Source: a virus (lineage: Duplodnaviria > Caudoviricetes). Taken from it: 35,391 nt of DNA. Made by a program: the position numbers and the translations under genes. The notes under the pieces were generated by a model, which saw nothing but the letters and a program-made list of their open reading frames with translations, was not told the DNA's origin and ran no database searches. Each line of letters starts with the position of its first letter. Positions within the stretch are counted from its first letter, which is position 1. Shown here piece after piece: positions 26,263 through 34,279 of this stretch. The DNA is taken from positions 1-35,391 of IMG/VR virus record IMGVR_UViG_3300019781_000047; one strand, given 5' to 3'.

Positions 26263-26513
26263 TGATCTCAGACGACGCCCTCGATGAAGCAGTGAAGCGA
26301 GTCAGCAAAAGCGACTCAAAGAAAACTGTGCTCATATCTATTTTCGGATGCACATTTTCTATCGTTGTGACGATCCTTTCCTGCACGGTTTGGGCAGTGC
26401 GCCAGTTCGATCAAATTTGGACAGTGAAGCATGAGGCGGAATCGTGGCGGCAAGTGGTGAAGGAAAATCCTGCTATCAAACCGCCTGACATTTACGCGAT
26501 TCACGACAAATAA
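26247..26513 (+). CDS. Single-TM membrane protein (holin/antiholin candidate)
   Basis: GTG start with AAGGA upstream; one hydrophobic segment VLISIFGCTFSIVVTILSCTVWAV; in the lysis cassette. Confidence 0.6.
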   Translation: MPPRLVISDDALDEAVKRVSKSDSKKTVLISIFGCTFSIVVTILSCTVWAVRQFDQIWTVKHEAESWRQVVKENPAIKPPDIYAIHDK

Positions 26514-26517
26514 ACTA

Positions 26518-26709
26518 ATGAACGAAAAAGCCCGCAACGTCCTTGCCGCCACAACCAGCTTCCTTGCTGGATTGGCCGCGCTTCCTTATCAACTTGGCGA
26601 CATCGCCACGATTATTCCGCCTGAGTGGAAGTCAAAGCTATTCCTTGTTTGCAGCATCGCCGCGCTTTTGCTTCGCTACATCAAACCAACCTCCGCACCA
26701 CTCAAATGA
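26518..26709 (+). CDS. Putative holin (2 TM)
   Basis: 63 aa, two hydrophobic helices separated by 'IIPPEWK', basic C-terminus. Confidence 0.65.
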   Translation: MNEKARNVLAATTSFLAGLAALPYQLGDIATIIPPEWKSKLFLVCSIAALLLRYIKPTSAPLK

Positions 26710-26924
26710 ACCCCTTCATCCGCGATCCACGCCGCATCGTTCTGGCTTTCGTCTATGCCGTGTTTGCGATTCTCGCGTGCCTCTATCTCACAAGCTGCGA
26801 ATCCATCCCTTACCGCGTCTCGCTCAACTACGGCGGTGCCAGCGCGTCGTATGACGGCAAGCGCGTGCTTCTGGATGTGGACGGGAACGAAGTCGGCAGG
26901 AGCCTGAGAGGATACGCAAAATGA
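26706..26924 (+). CDS. Small lipoprotein (spanin-like candidate)
   Basis: Start 26706 (ATGA overlaps at both ends). Basic n-region, hydrophobic h-region and lipobox LTS-C. Confidence 0.6.
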   Translation: MNPFIRDPRRIVLAFVYAVFAILACLYLTSCESIPYRVSLNYGGASASYDGKRVLLDVDGNEVGRSLRGYAK

Positions 26925-27442
26925 GCGAGGAAATCCGACTGGCTATCTTGTCGCCTGAACAAGCCCGTGACGCGCTGGCGAGGATTGCAGAAGCGGAAAT
27001 CGGCGTGCGGGAAATTGGCGGCAACAATCGCGGGCCAAGGGTGCGCGAGTATCAATCAGCGACTTGGACGGAGCCGGGAGTTTGGCCGTGGTGCATGGCT
27101 TTTGTTGCGTGGTGCATCCGCGAATGGTTAAAGTCGCCAAGCGTTCAACAGATTGCCAAGCTTCATAGGCCGCGCACAACTGGCGCGTTCGACTTCATCC
27201 GATGGGCAAAGGACGAAGGCTTGCAAGTTCTGGACGAGAATGAGCCGTGCCGCCGTGGAGACATCGTGGTTTTCGACTTCTCGCATATCGGGCTTGTGAC
27301 GGCTGATAGTGAGCGCGGCGAAATTGAGGTTTGCGAGGGGAACACTAACGGACGCGGCGAACGAGATTCAGAGAGCGGCGATGGAGTGTGGCGCAAGGAG
27401 CGCGCCCGTTCGCTGGTCAAAGCGTTTATCCGTTTGGTTTGA
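26921..27442 (+). CDS. Endolysin, CHAP (NlpC/P60-type) amidase/peptidase
   Basis: PWCMAFVAWC (catalytic Cys), GDIVVFDFSHIGLV (catalytic His), EGNT. Confidence 0.9.
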   Translation: MSEEIRLAILSPEQARDALARIAEAEIGVREIGGNNRGPRVREYQSATWTEPGVWPWCMAFVAWCIREWLKSPSVQQIAKLHRPRTTGAFDFIRWAKDEGLQVLDENEPCRRGDIVVFDFSHIGLVTADSERGEIEVCEGNTNGRGERDSESGDGVWRKERARSLVKAFIRLV

Positions 27443-27458
27443 GTCTCATGCGTGAGAC
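27443..27458. terminator. Short hairpin at the convergence of the late and early arms
   Basis: GTCTCA-tgcg-TGAGAC directly after the endolysin stop; no strong U-tract. Confidence 0.3.
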
Positions 27459-27508
27459 ATTATCCATCTTGCGTCTCCGCGATTGCGATATTTTGATGTA
27501 GTCGGCCT

Positions 27509-27844
27509 TCATTTCTTTGTCCTTTCGAGTTCGGAGGGGGCGGCGAATGAAATTCCAAGTGCAGCGTGCAGCCTGTCTATGGTGGCAAATATGATTTCAT
27601 TTCGAGGATCGCTGGCTGCGATTGAAAGCAGGTATCCAGCGATTTGAGACTGTAATATAAGAACTTCGGCGTGTGCTTTCTCCAAAACATCCCTCCGCAC
27701 GAAGTCTGAGCCGGTGGCGGTGACTGCGGCGAGTTCGGTTTCGAGTTCCTCCATGACCTCTGCGCGAACAACCTCGAAAGACAGTTCCTGCACAAGATAC
27801 GGCTCAGTCAATCGGGCGGCATCTGTTCGTGGTGTGGTGCTCAT
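27509..27844 (-). CDS. TPRTD-motif coiled-coil early protein
   Basis: MSTTPRTDAA...ELAAVTA; ATGA-coupled; paralogous to 30335-30616. Confidence 0.7.
   Translation of the reverse strand: MSTTPRTDAARLTEPYLVQELSFEVVRAEVMEELETELAAVTATGSDFVRRDVLEKAHAEVLILQSQIAGYLLSIAASDPRNEIIFATIDRLHAALGISFAAPSELERTKK
27716..27736. repeat. 21-bp repeat copy 1 (copy 2 at 30476-30496)
   Basis: GGCGGTGACTGCGGC(G/T)AGTTC, 20/21 identical; encodes ELAAVTA on the - strand. Confidence 0.85.
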
Positions 27845-28239
27845 TGTGGTTTGGTTTCTTCGAGGGTTTGTTGGGCGCGATTAGCATTGTGCTCGCAAGC
27901 GTCTTGCATTGCGCGTTCGTTGGAGTGGCCGTTCCAGTATTCCGCAATGCTTTCCAACGCCTCCCGGCATTTGGCGAGCTTGGCGAGGGCGGCGTCGCGG
28001 TCTTGCTCGCACTTTGTCCATTCGACAACTTGGTGTGCGGCTTCAATGGCTGTCGGATGTGTAATAAGCCACGACTGTTTCTCTAACAGCTTATCACGTT
28101 CCTCTGTCCGCTCTGCGAGTGAGCGTTCAAGATAGTGGGCGAAGTCGGATTTGACTACATACTGCTCGATGCCGTCTTGGTCGGTGTAGCTGTATTCAGC
28201 CGCATCAGTCAGCGGAGTTGGTCGTTCGTTGTCGTTCAT
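27841..28239 (-). CDS. TPLTD-motif coiled-coil early protein
   Basis: MNDNERPTPLTDAA...LERSLAERTEERD; ATGA overlaps at both ends. Confidence 0.7.
   Translation of the reverse strand: MNDNERPTPLTDAAEYSYTDQDGIEQYVVKSDFAHYLERSLAERTEERDKLLEKQSWLITHPTAIEAAHQVVEWTKCEQDRDAALAKLAKCREALESIAEYWNGHSNERAMQDACEHNANRAQQTLEETKPQ
28203..28239. repeat. 37-bp direct repeat copy 1
   Basis: 34/37 identical to 28501-28537; begins exactly at the ATG on the - strand. Confidence 0.9.
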
Positions 28240-28469
28240 AAATTTTTGTCGAGTAGCGCGAGAATTGCGAACCAGTTTTCCTTGGTTTTGAAGTAGATTT
28301 CCATCGTCGTATCAACGAGGTATATGTCTATTCCAAACAGCAACGTGTCGTCTTTATAGGCGTAGTAGCCTTTAAAATCTAGCTGGTTGAAGGTGAACAT
28401 CACGTAGCCGTCCACATAGACCTTGACCCTGCCGTTGTAGATCGCGAAGTCGTAGGTGTGGAGGGTCAT
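28236..28469 (-). CDS. Hypothetical aromatic-rich protein (77 aa) lying between direct repeats
   Basis: ATGA overlaps at both ends; visibly more AT-rich than its neighbours. Confidence 0.7.
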   Translation of the reverse strand: MTLHTYDFAIYNGRVKVYVDGYVMFTFNQLDFKGYYAYKDDTLLFGIDIYLVDTTMEIYFKTKENWFAILALLDKNL

Positions 28470-28537
28470 AGCTGGATTAGCACATTGTTGATTGTTGCCT
28501 CATCAGTGAGCGGCGTTGGTCGTTCGTTGTTGTTCAT
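28466..28537 (-). CDS. 23-aa mini-ORF MNNNERPTPLTDEATINNVLIQL (remnant of a duplicated gene start)
   Basis: Not in the ORF track. ATGA overlaps at both ends; first 12 codons duplicate the start of 27841-28239. Confidence 0.55.
   Translation of the reverse strand: MNNNERPTPLTDEATINNVLIQL
28501..28537. repeat. 37-bp direct repeat copy 2
   Basis: CATCAGTGAGCGGCGTTGGTCGTTCGTTGTTGTTCAT versus copy 1: 3 mismatches. Confidence 0.9.
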
Positions 28538-28749
28538 GGTTGTTGTTTTGAATTGTTCAACTCGGCTAGCTCTTCGGCTTTGCATAATTCTGAAAACCGA
28601 TTCACGGCGCGTCTATTACAGTCAATCGCAAGCGTGTCTTTTTCTTCCTCGGCTTTCGCAAGCTCCCGCTCCGCATCCGCCAGCGCACGTCGCGCCGCTT
28701 GCAGCTTCGTCGGTTTCGTTTCGGGGATGTTAAATGGTAGTTCTTTCAT
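28534..28749 (-). CDS. Hypothetical coiled-coil protein (71 aa)
   Basis: Start reassigned to 28749 (ATGA overlap with the MTase stop). Confidence 0.65.
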   Translation of the reverse strand: MKELPFNIPETKPTKLQAARRALADAERELAKAEEEKDTLAIDCNRRAVNRFSELCKAEELAELNNSKQQP

Positions 28750-29489
28750 ATCAGTTCGGTTTGGGTTTCTGTTGGTTTTGGTGGTTCGGTGAAAAGTGTT
28801 TGCTGCCTTGTCTCGCGGTCTATGCGCTCGCACGCGGCCTCAAAGTGCGCCGGGTCTTTCTCGATGCCCACGAAGCGGCGATTCCCTCCAACGCACGCAA
28901 TCCCGGTTGTGCCGCTCCCCATGAACGGATCGCAGACAGTCATTCCTTCGAGGCTGGCGCGGTTCACGAGCCAGCGCATCATCGCTATCGGCTTCGCGCA
29001 CGGGTGCGGCTGTTCGTTGGCGTCGTTCGGATACGTCTGCCCGCAGGAGTTTGCACGGCTTCCCATGCCGCGCGCCAGATACGGGTCTTTCCCGTAGTAG
29101 AGGATGGGCTGCATACAGGTGAATCCCCACCGCCCGTTGCCCGTTCCCGCCGCCGAAAAGAAGCAGCCCATGTCGTCCGGGATTGGATACAGATGCAGGT
29201 TGCGCACGCCGGGCGTGACCACCACACACGCCGCGAGTTGCTGGCAGAGCATTATCGCCGGAACGCACACGCTTCGCACGTAGAGCGGCGAGTCTTCATG
29301 GCAGTATTCTCCGGCGCGGATGGTCGTGCCGCCGCCGCGTTGCGTCGCGCGCTTCGCTTTCAGTTCCACACCATACGGCGGGTCTGTCACCACGGAGTCT
29401 ATCCCCGTGAGCATTGGCAGCACTTCGAGGCAGTCCGCATTGTAGAGCGTGCAGTTTCCAAATTGCCTAATGATTAAGTCGGTTTTCAT
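28746..29489 (-). CDS. DNA amino-methyltransferase (N6-A/N4-C, beta class)
   Basis: LYNADC, TDPPYG (motif IV), HPCAKP, DPFMGSGTTG (motif I), GIEKD. Confidence 0.95.
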   Translation of the reverse strand: MKTDLIIRQFGNCTLYNADCLEVLPMLTGIDSVVTDPPYGVELKAKRATQRGGGTTIRAGEYCHEDSPLYVRSVCVPAIMLCQQLAACVVVTPGVRNLHLYPIPDDMGCFFSAAGTGNGRWGFTCMQPILYYGKDPYLARGMGSRANSCGQTYPNDANEQPHPCAKPIAMMRWLVNRASLEGMTVCDPFMGSGTTGIACVGGNRRFVGIEKDPAHFEAACERIDRETRQQTLFTEPPKPTETQTELI

Positions 29490-29653
29490 AGCTTCTCAAA
29501 ATCTTCCTCCCGCTTGGCCTTGCACACCGCGCACTCGCCGTCCTTGCACTCGGCAAAAGTCAGTTCCTCTCCGCACTTGCGGCATGGCGGATTCGGGCGC
29601 GTGTAGGCGTCTATGTCGCAGTCAATGGCGAAGTCGTGGCCTTTCATGCTCAT
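29486..29653 (-). CDS. Small zinc-finger protein (55 aa)
   Basis: Not in the ORF track. MSMKGHDFAIDCDIDAYTRPNPPCRKCGEELTFAECKDGECAVCKAKREEDFEKL; two CxxC; ATGA overlaps at both ends. Confidence 0.65.
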   Translation of the reverse strand: MSMKGHDFAIDCDIDAYTRPNPPCRKCGEELTFAECKDGECAVCKAKREEDFEKL

Positions 29654-30117
29654 AGTAATTCAGGCTGCTGTGATCGTTTCTGCTTGCGCTCACCGTGCCA
29701 TTTCTTGGTTCGCTCTTTATGGCATGGCTCGCAAAGCGTTCTCATGTTTTCGAGGATCGTCATTCCGCCCTCACTGAACGGGATGATGTGATCGTAGTTC
29801 GCCTTGTGTGGGCGCGGATTTTCCTTTTTCCATGAATAGCCGCTGTCTGCCCGGCATTGCATCCAGTATTCGTGCGTCCATTTCTTTTCAGCATCGAAAA
29901 TGTCTAAGCCGCACATCTGACAAACGCCCTTGTCTCGGAGCTTCACGGCATGAATAACGCGAGACGGTTCAAATGCGTCATAGCACTTCGTCGAACACCA
30001 TGACTCGCGGCCCTTTGGAATGTCCGATCCGCACCCCCTGCATCCATAGGTGCCATCCTCGCGCCGTTGCCTTTTTGGGAATCTGGCGCGGTCGTAGTTG
30101 ATTTTGAATACGCTCAT
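29650..30117 (-). CDS. HNH endonuclease with N-terminal Zn finger
   Basis: RDKGVCQMCG, DHIIPFSEGG, ENMRTLCEPCH; extra CRGC...CSTKC. Start 30117 (ATGA). Confidence 0.9.
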   Translation of the reverse strand: MSVFKINYDRARFPKRQRREDGTYGCRGCGSDIPKGRESWCSTKCYDAFEPSRVIHAVKLRDKGVCQMCGLDIFDAEKKWTHEYWMQCRADSGYSWKKENPRPHKANYDHIIPFSEGGMTILENMRTLCEPCHKERTKKWHGERKQKRSQQPELL

Positions 30118-30338
30118 TGTTCGATGATGTTTCGGATTTGGTTGATAAGTTGATCCTCCGTCTCGCTGTGTGGAGCGACAATATCGCGGATGTTGTTCAG
30201 CGTTTCCCATGCTAGGCATAGGTCGGTTTGATCCCTGAGCTTGCCGTCATCGGTGGAGCCGTAAGATTCGCACGCGAAAAAGATGCATTTCCCGTTAATC
30301 GCCCCGCGTTGTATCGCTCCGCATTTTGGGCAGGTCAT
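30114..30338 (-). CDS. Zn-ribbon hypothetical protein
   Basis: MTCPKCG...FACES...QTDLC; ATGA-coupled. Confidence 0.65.
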   Translation of the reverse strand: MTCPKCGAIQRGAINGKCIFFACESYGSTDDGKLRDQTDLCLAWETLNNIRDIVAPHSETEDQLINQIRNIIEQ

Positions 30339-30616
30339 GGCTTTGGTTTGGTTTTATACTTTCCGCAACGGTTTTTGGCGTCCTCGACTATCTGGTGAAG
30401 TCCGAGCATGATGCTTCCATTGCTATTCAGCAGCATGGCGATGTCGTCTAGGGCAACATCCAGCGCATCCCGCTCGGCGGTGACTGCGGCTAGTTCCCGC
30501 TTCACTTCCGCAACCTCGTCAGCGGTCACAATTCGCCAGTCTGCCGGTGCGTGGTGCGCTATCAGCCATTCGATGCGATAGATTGCCTCTTCCTGTTCTG
30601 TTCGTGGTGTGCTCAT
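30335..30616 (-). CDS. TPRT-motif coiled-coil early protein
   Basis: MSTPRTE...ELAAVTAERD; shares DNA blocks with 27509-27844. Confidence 0.7.
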   Translation of the reverse strand: MSTPRTEQEEAIYRIEWLIAHHAPADWRIVTADEVAEVKRELAAVTAERDALDVALDDIAMLLNSNGSIMLGLHQIVEDAKNRCGKYKTKPKP

Positions 30617-30792
30617 GGTTTTTCGTTTATTAGGTTGCAGATTTCTTCGGCGTTTTTCGCCGGGACTGTGATTGTTTCCCTAGATAGCTGTGACGGCTCG
30701 CTGTTGCCCGTGTAGATGGTCGTGACAACTACAACGGTTAAGAAGTCCGCGCAGCTATGCGGGATGGTGTAGGCTTTGAGGTTAATCGTCAT
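30613..30792 (-). CDS. Hypothetical protein (59 aa)
   Basis: Start reassigned to 30792 (ATGA overlaps at both ends). Confidence 0.55.
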   Translation of the reverse strand: MTINLKAYTIPHSCADFLTVVVVTTIYTGNSEPSQLSRETITVPAKNAEEICNLINEKP

Positions 30793-30965
30793 TTCGGTTT
30801 TTTGGCGGAATAGGTTTCGAGGAAATCGTCTATCGTCGCCTGCGGCTTCGTATCGAGTAGCGCGCACGCCTTGCACACGGCGCGATGTCGCTTTATCAGC
30901 GAATCACGCTCGGCTCTGGCGGCATCGCGTTCGGCTCGCAACTGGTCTAGTGTTTCGGTTTTCAT
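30789..30965 (-). CDS. Hypothetical coiled-coil protein (58 aa)
   Basis: Start at 30965 (MKTETLDQLRAERDAARAERD), 4 nt after the primase stop. Confidence 0.6.
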   Translation of the reverse strand: MKTETLDQLRAERDAARAERDSLIKRHRAVCKACALLDTKPQATIDDFLETYSAKKPK

Positions 30966-30969
30966 ATAG

Positions 30970-31923
30970 TTATACAAATCTCGCTCCAACCATGACGCAG
31001 CGCGCAACGGCGGCGAGAGCGGCGTTGCGAAGCGCGTTGTCCGGCTGCGGAAATGAATGGCTGGCTTGGCGTTCAGCATCGCGTCGTTCCAAGTCCTCGA
31101 CAAAGAAATCGTTCCAGTCCGTCCCCCGGATTTCTTGCGGCCATGCTGCGCCACATTTCAGCGCAGTTGCCGCTTTTGTGCCAGCGACGACGCCGGGGTT
31201 CTTCCCGATCCGCTGTTCGGTTTCGTGATCGTTATCAGCAGCCACGACGCGCCAACCCTTCACTTTCATGGTTTCGGCGACTTCGACTAGGTTAATGGCT
31301 GAAAACGCAATAAAAACCCGCGCATCCGGTATGGCCTCTGCAAGCGTTGCGCCCGTAGCAAGCCCCTCGGTGAACACGCTGAGCGTTGCGTGCGGACGAT
31401 CAATGACAACGCTCGTTCCTTTCGTCGGCGCGCTGGCGAAAAACCGTTTCTCGCCTTCGCTGTCAATCGTCTGACAGGAGACAATGTTGCCGTTCAAAAT
31501 CATCGGCACCACGATCCGCCCTTCGCTATCTTTTTTCAGCCCGCGCAGCCCGCGCATCGTGATTCGTTTCTTAGCGAAATACGGATGGAGCGGTTCTCCT
31601 AACAACGGTTCACAGTCTATGTAATGTTGCCTAGCCGCCACGATAGCAGCCGCGCGCCGTTCCTGTTCGGCTTTCCATCGGGCCGCGTTGATAATCGGGC
31701 ACGGGACAGGCAGCGGCTTTTCTTCTTTGTCGCGCCACCAAGTCTCGGCCTCGATCATTTCGGAGAAGTTAATCGCCCATCCCACGCGCTCATCGGCGGC
31801 GAGCTTGAAGCTGCCATTTTTCGAGCGCGGCTTACAGGCTGTGCCACAGCGCATCCAGCGTCCCGGCACAATCACGGGCGGCGGCATGAGGTTCAGAGCG
31901 TGTAGGAAATCACGAAATTGCAT
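30970..31923 (-). CDS. Toprim-domain DNA primase (TraC/P4-like)
   Basis: IVVPM, CQTIDSEGEKRF, TEGLATG, AFSAINL, AADND, GTDWND. Start 31923. Confidence 0.9.
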   Translation of the reverse strand: MQFRDFLHALNLMPPPVIVPGRWMRCGTACKPRSKNGSFKLAADERVGWAINFSEMIEAETWWRDKEEKPLPVPCPIINAARWKAEQERRAAAIVAARQHYIDCEPLLGEPLHPYFAKKRITMRGLRGLKKDSEGRIVVPMILNGNIVSCQTIDSEGEKRFFASAPTKGTSVVIDRPHATLSVFTEGLATGATLAEAIPDARVFIAFSAINLVEVAETMKVKGWRVVAADNDHETEQRIGKNPGVVAGTKAATALKCGAAWPQEIRGTDWNDFFVEDLERRDAERQASHSFPQPDNALRNAALAAVARCVMVGARFV

Positions 31924-33457
31924 GGGTCTTTTGTTCCTTTGCCCACTTGCGGGCGTTATTACGAATCTCATTCACCAATTCGAGCGACGGTTCAACTGGC
32001 GCAACCTCGTCGCAACCCTTCGGCCAAACACCCGTGCGCTCCTTGTATTTGTGCGCGATCCAGCCGGGCTGATAGCCTCGACTCTCGGCGATCCAAAGCA
32101 ACTCCGCATACAGCCTCAATTTGTCAGCTTTTGACAAGCCAACCGCCCCGCCGTCCAGCCGCTCCATTTCGCCCTCGCGGTGAACAATGACCGTTGCCTT
32201 TGGAAACTCAAAGCCGCACGAAGGACAAAACGGCATCGGCTTAGCGAGAAGCAACGCGCAAACAGGACACTTCACTGGCTTTTTCTCCTTCGGCTTAGGC
32301 TTGTTTTTGTCCGGCTTTTTGCCGTCATCCAACTCATCCCAGCCGTTCTCGAATAGGTCAATAATCTTGCCCCAATGCCGCGCCATATTTCCGGCGTGAT
32401 CGAGAAAGATGCAACCGCCGTCCTCTTTGCTCGCGTGAGGCCTCAAGCCGCGCCCGATGCACTGGATCAAATTGGCAAAACTAGCTTTGAATGGGCGGCA
32501 CAGAATTACGACGCCAACCTCGGCGGCATCGAAACCCGTGGATAGCGCGTTGACGCTAATCAGTCCGCGCACGCATCCCGGCGAGCCTTCGGCGGTTTTC
32601 AGTCCGTTGATCGCCGCTGTCCGCTCTTCGCCAGCGGTGCGATAGGTGTAGAGCGCCGTCACGACGCCCGCCGCCATAAAAGCCCGTTGCAGTTCCTCGC
32701 AGTGGCCGACGTTGCACCCGAACGCGATGAACTTCTTTTCTTGCCCGCGCTGCAAATACTCTTTCACGACATCGCCGATAATCGGGATCGCCCGTTCGCT
32801 CACCGCTTCGTCCGTCCACTCGCCAGCTACCACCTTGGCCCCCTCCATGTCCGGCTCTTTGGCTGCGTATGCGTGCCAGCTTGACAACGATCCTTGCGCG
32901 ATCAATTCGTTCGTCGTCGCTACATTGGTGATGCTCGAATAAATCTTCGCCAAGTTTTTCGTGAACGGCGTTGCGGAAAGCCCGATGGTGTAACACTCCT
33001 TCTTTTCAAGGTATTCAACTGCCTTGTCATAAATCAGATGGGCCTCATCGTAAATTACGAGATGCGGGCCAAGTGGCTTTCCCTCTTCATCGTGCCAGTG
33101 TAGAAACCCGTCTCGTCTGGCGATGGTTTGTGGCGTGGCGATTTGGACTAGCTCAGTATTTTTCCGCCAGTGATCCGCTTGTATCACGCCATGCGCCAGC
33201 CCGTGCGCCTCGAACATGGCGGATGTTTGATCCACCAACGCGATGCGGTCGCACAAAAACACGCATCGTCTCCCAATATCGCTCCATTGTTTGAGCAGCC
33301 ACATGGCTATCACGGTTTTCCCGGCTCCGCATGGGGCGTAAAGCATGACCCCGGCGTGCCCTTCGCCTAGCAACCTGTTCACGTTATCGGTAGCCGCGTC
33401 TTGATAATCGCGGAGCACGATTTCCTGTGGCGGCTCTTGAAAAAGCGTGGCACTCAT
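31910..33457 (-). CDS. Superfamily 2 (DEAH) helicase with C-terminal Zn finger
   Basis: LRDYQ, APCGAGKT, DEAH, LSATP, TGFD, QCIGRGLR, LDHAGN, CPVC...CPSC. Confidence 0.95.
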   Translation of the reverse strand: MSATLFQEPPQEIVLRDYQDAATDNVNRLLGEGHAGVMLYAPCGAGKTVIAMWLLKQWSDIGRRCVFLCDRIALVDQTSAMFEAHGLAHGVIQADHWRKNTELVQIATPQTIARRDGFLHWHDEEGKPLGPHLVIYDEAHLIYDKAVEYLEKKECYTIGLSATPFTKNLAKIYSSITNVATTNELIAQGSLSSWHAYAAKEPDMEGAKVVAGEWTDEAVSERAIPIIGDVVKEYLQRGQEKKFIAFGCNVGHCEELQRAFMAAGVVTALYTYRTAGEERTAAINGLKTAEGSPGCVRGLISVNALSTGFDAAEVGVVILCRPFKASFANLIQCIGRGLRPHASKEDGGCIFLDHAGNMARHWGKIIDLFENGWDELDDGKKPDKNKPKPKEKKPVKCPVCALLLAKPMPFCPSCGFEFPKATVIVHREGEMERLDGGAVGLSKADKLRLYAELLWIAESRGYQPGWIAHKYKERTGVWPKGCDEVAPVEPSLELVNEIRNNARKWAKEQKTHAIS

Positions 33458-34221
33458 TTTTCGAGCAGTGCGGTTACGGAATCCACCAGCTTGCCAGTGC
33501 CGCAGTTGAGCAGCTTCCGTAGCTTTTCGATGATTGCGCCAGAATAGCGGGCGGACTTGTCAGCGGCGGAAAACTGACGCTGAACATCGGCCAGCCTGCC
33601 CTCCAATGACGCGATTTGCCGTTGCAAGGCTAGGTTTGCAGCCGCTTTATCGTCGGCAAATGCGTTTTTCAGCACTGCCTCCATTTCCTTGTTCTCTGCG
33701 TGTAAATGATCGGCAAGCTCTGCTTTTTCGGCCACGGACAATCCCGCCGTGTAGGACAGCGGCTTCCACCCGTCCTCGATTACGCGCTTCTTTTTCGTGG
33801 ATGGGGCAATAATTTCAACCGCCTGCTGCACCTGCTTGGCCGTAGGTTGATCTCCCCCGGCAATCACCACGGCTTCCTTCCAAACTTCGACAACCTTTTC
33901 CGGCTCGATTTTCGACAAAGGGCGGAGTTGATTTTCGTTCGTTGGTTCTGGAAACACGCCACGTGGCGTGCTGATTTTCAAGGACTTGCGTATATTTTCC
34001 GCTGTTTTGGCCGCTGAAATCAATCTTCTGGCGTAATCTGTTGACAGCTTCCACCGCTCAGAACAGTAAGCAGAAAAGGTGTTGTGATTCAGCTTGTAAA
34101 GCTCATCTCGGTTGATCTCGGCGAGCGCATCGCATACCACTACGAACGAGGTCAAGTGCTTGTCTATTTTGCCCTCCAATTCAATGAGGCGTTTCGATTG
34201 TTCTAGTGTGATAATTTCCAT
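33454..34221 (-). CDS. Putative DNA-binding replication-associated protein
   Basis: 'TFSAYCSERWKLSTDYARRLI' HTH-like segment and 'NENQLRPL', recurrent in phage proteins; C-terminal coiled coil; ATGA-coupled to the helicase. Confidence 0.65.
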   Translation of the reverse strand: MEIITLEQSKRLIELEGKIDKHLTSFVVVCDALAEINRDELYKLNHNTFSAYCSERWKLSTDYARRLISAAKTAENIRKSLKISTPRGVFPEPTNENQLRPLSKIEPEKVVEVWKEAVVIAGGDQPTAKQVQQAVEIIAPSTKKKRVIEDGWKPLSYTAGLSVAEKAELADHLHAENKEMEAVLKNAFADDKAAANLALQRQIASLEGRLADVQRQFSAADKSARYSGAIIEKLRKLLNCGTGKLVDSVTALLEK

Positions 34222-34232
34222 ATTTCAAAGGC

Positions 34233-34279
34233 GCCTCGCAATGTAGAACCCGGCTGGAATCAGCGCGGCACTGCGAGGC
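34233..34279 (-). promoter_or_regulatory. Long hairpin upstream of the replication genes
   Basis: Minus-strand RNA GCCUCGCAGUG...CAUUGCGAGGC (11 bp, one G-U) enclosing CCG-C-GCUG-auuc-CAGC-CGG; ends 11 nt before the ATG at 34221. Confidence 0.45.

Noticed and set aside
27426-27512. 28-codon minus-strand ORF continuing the ATGA chain (MKADYIKISQSRRRKMDNVSRMRLKPNG)
   Set aside because: Very short, runs into the endolysin 3' end and has no motif; not enough support to call.
28734-29477. 247-aa antisense ORF opposite the methyltransferase
   Set aside because: Shadow ORF with no recognisable motifs; the minus-strand gene has clear MTase motifs and coupling.
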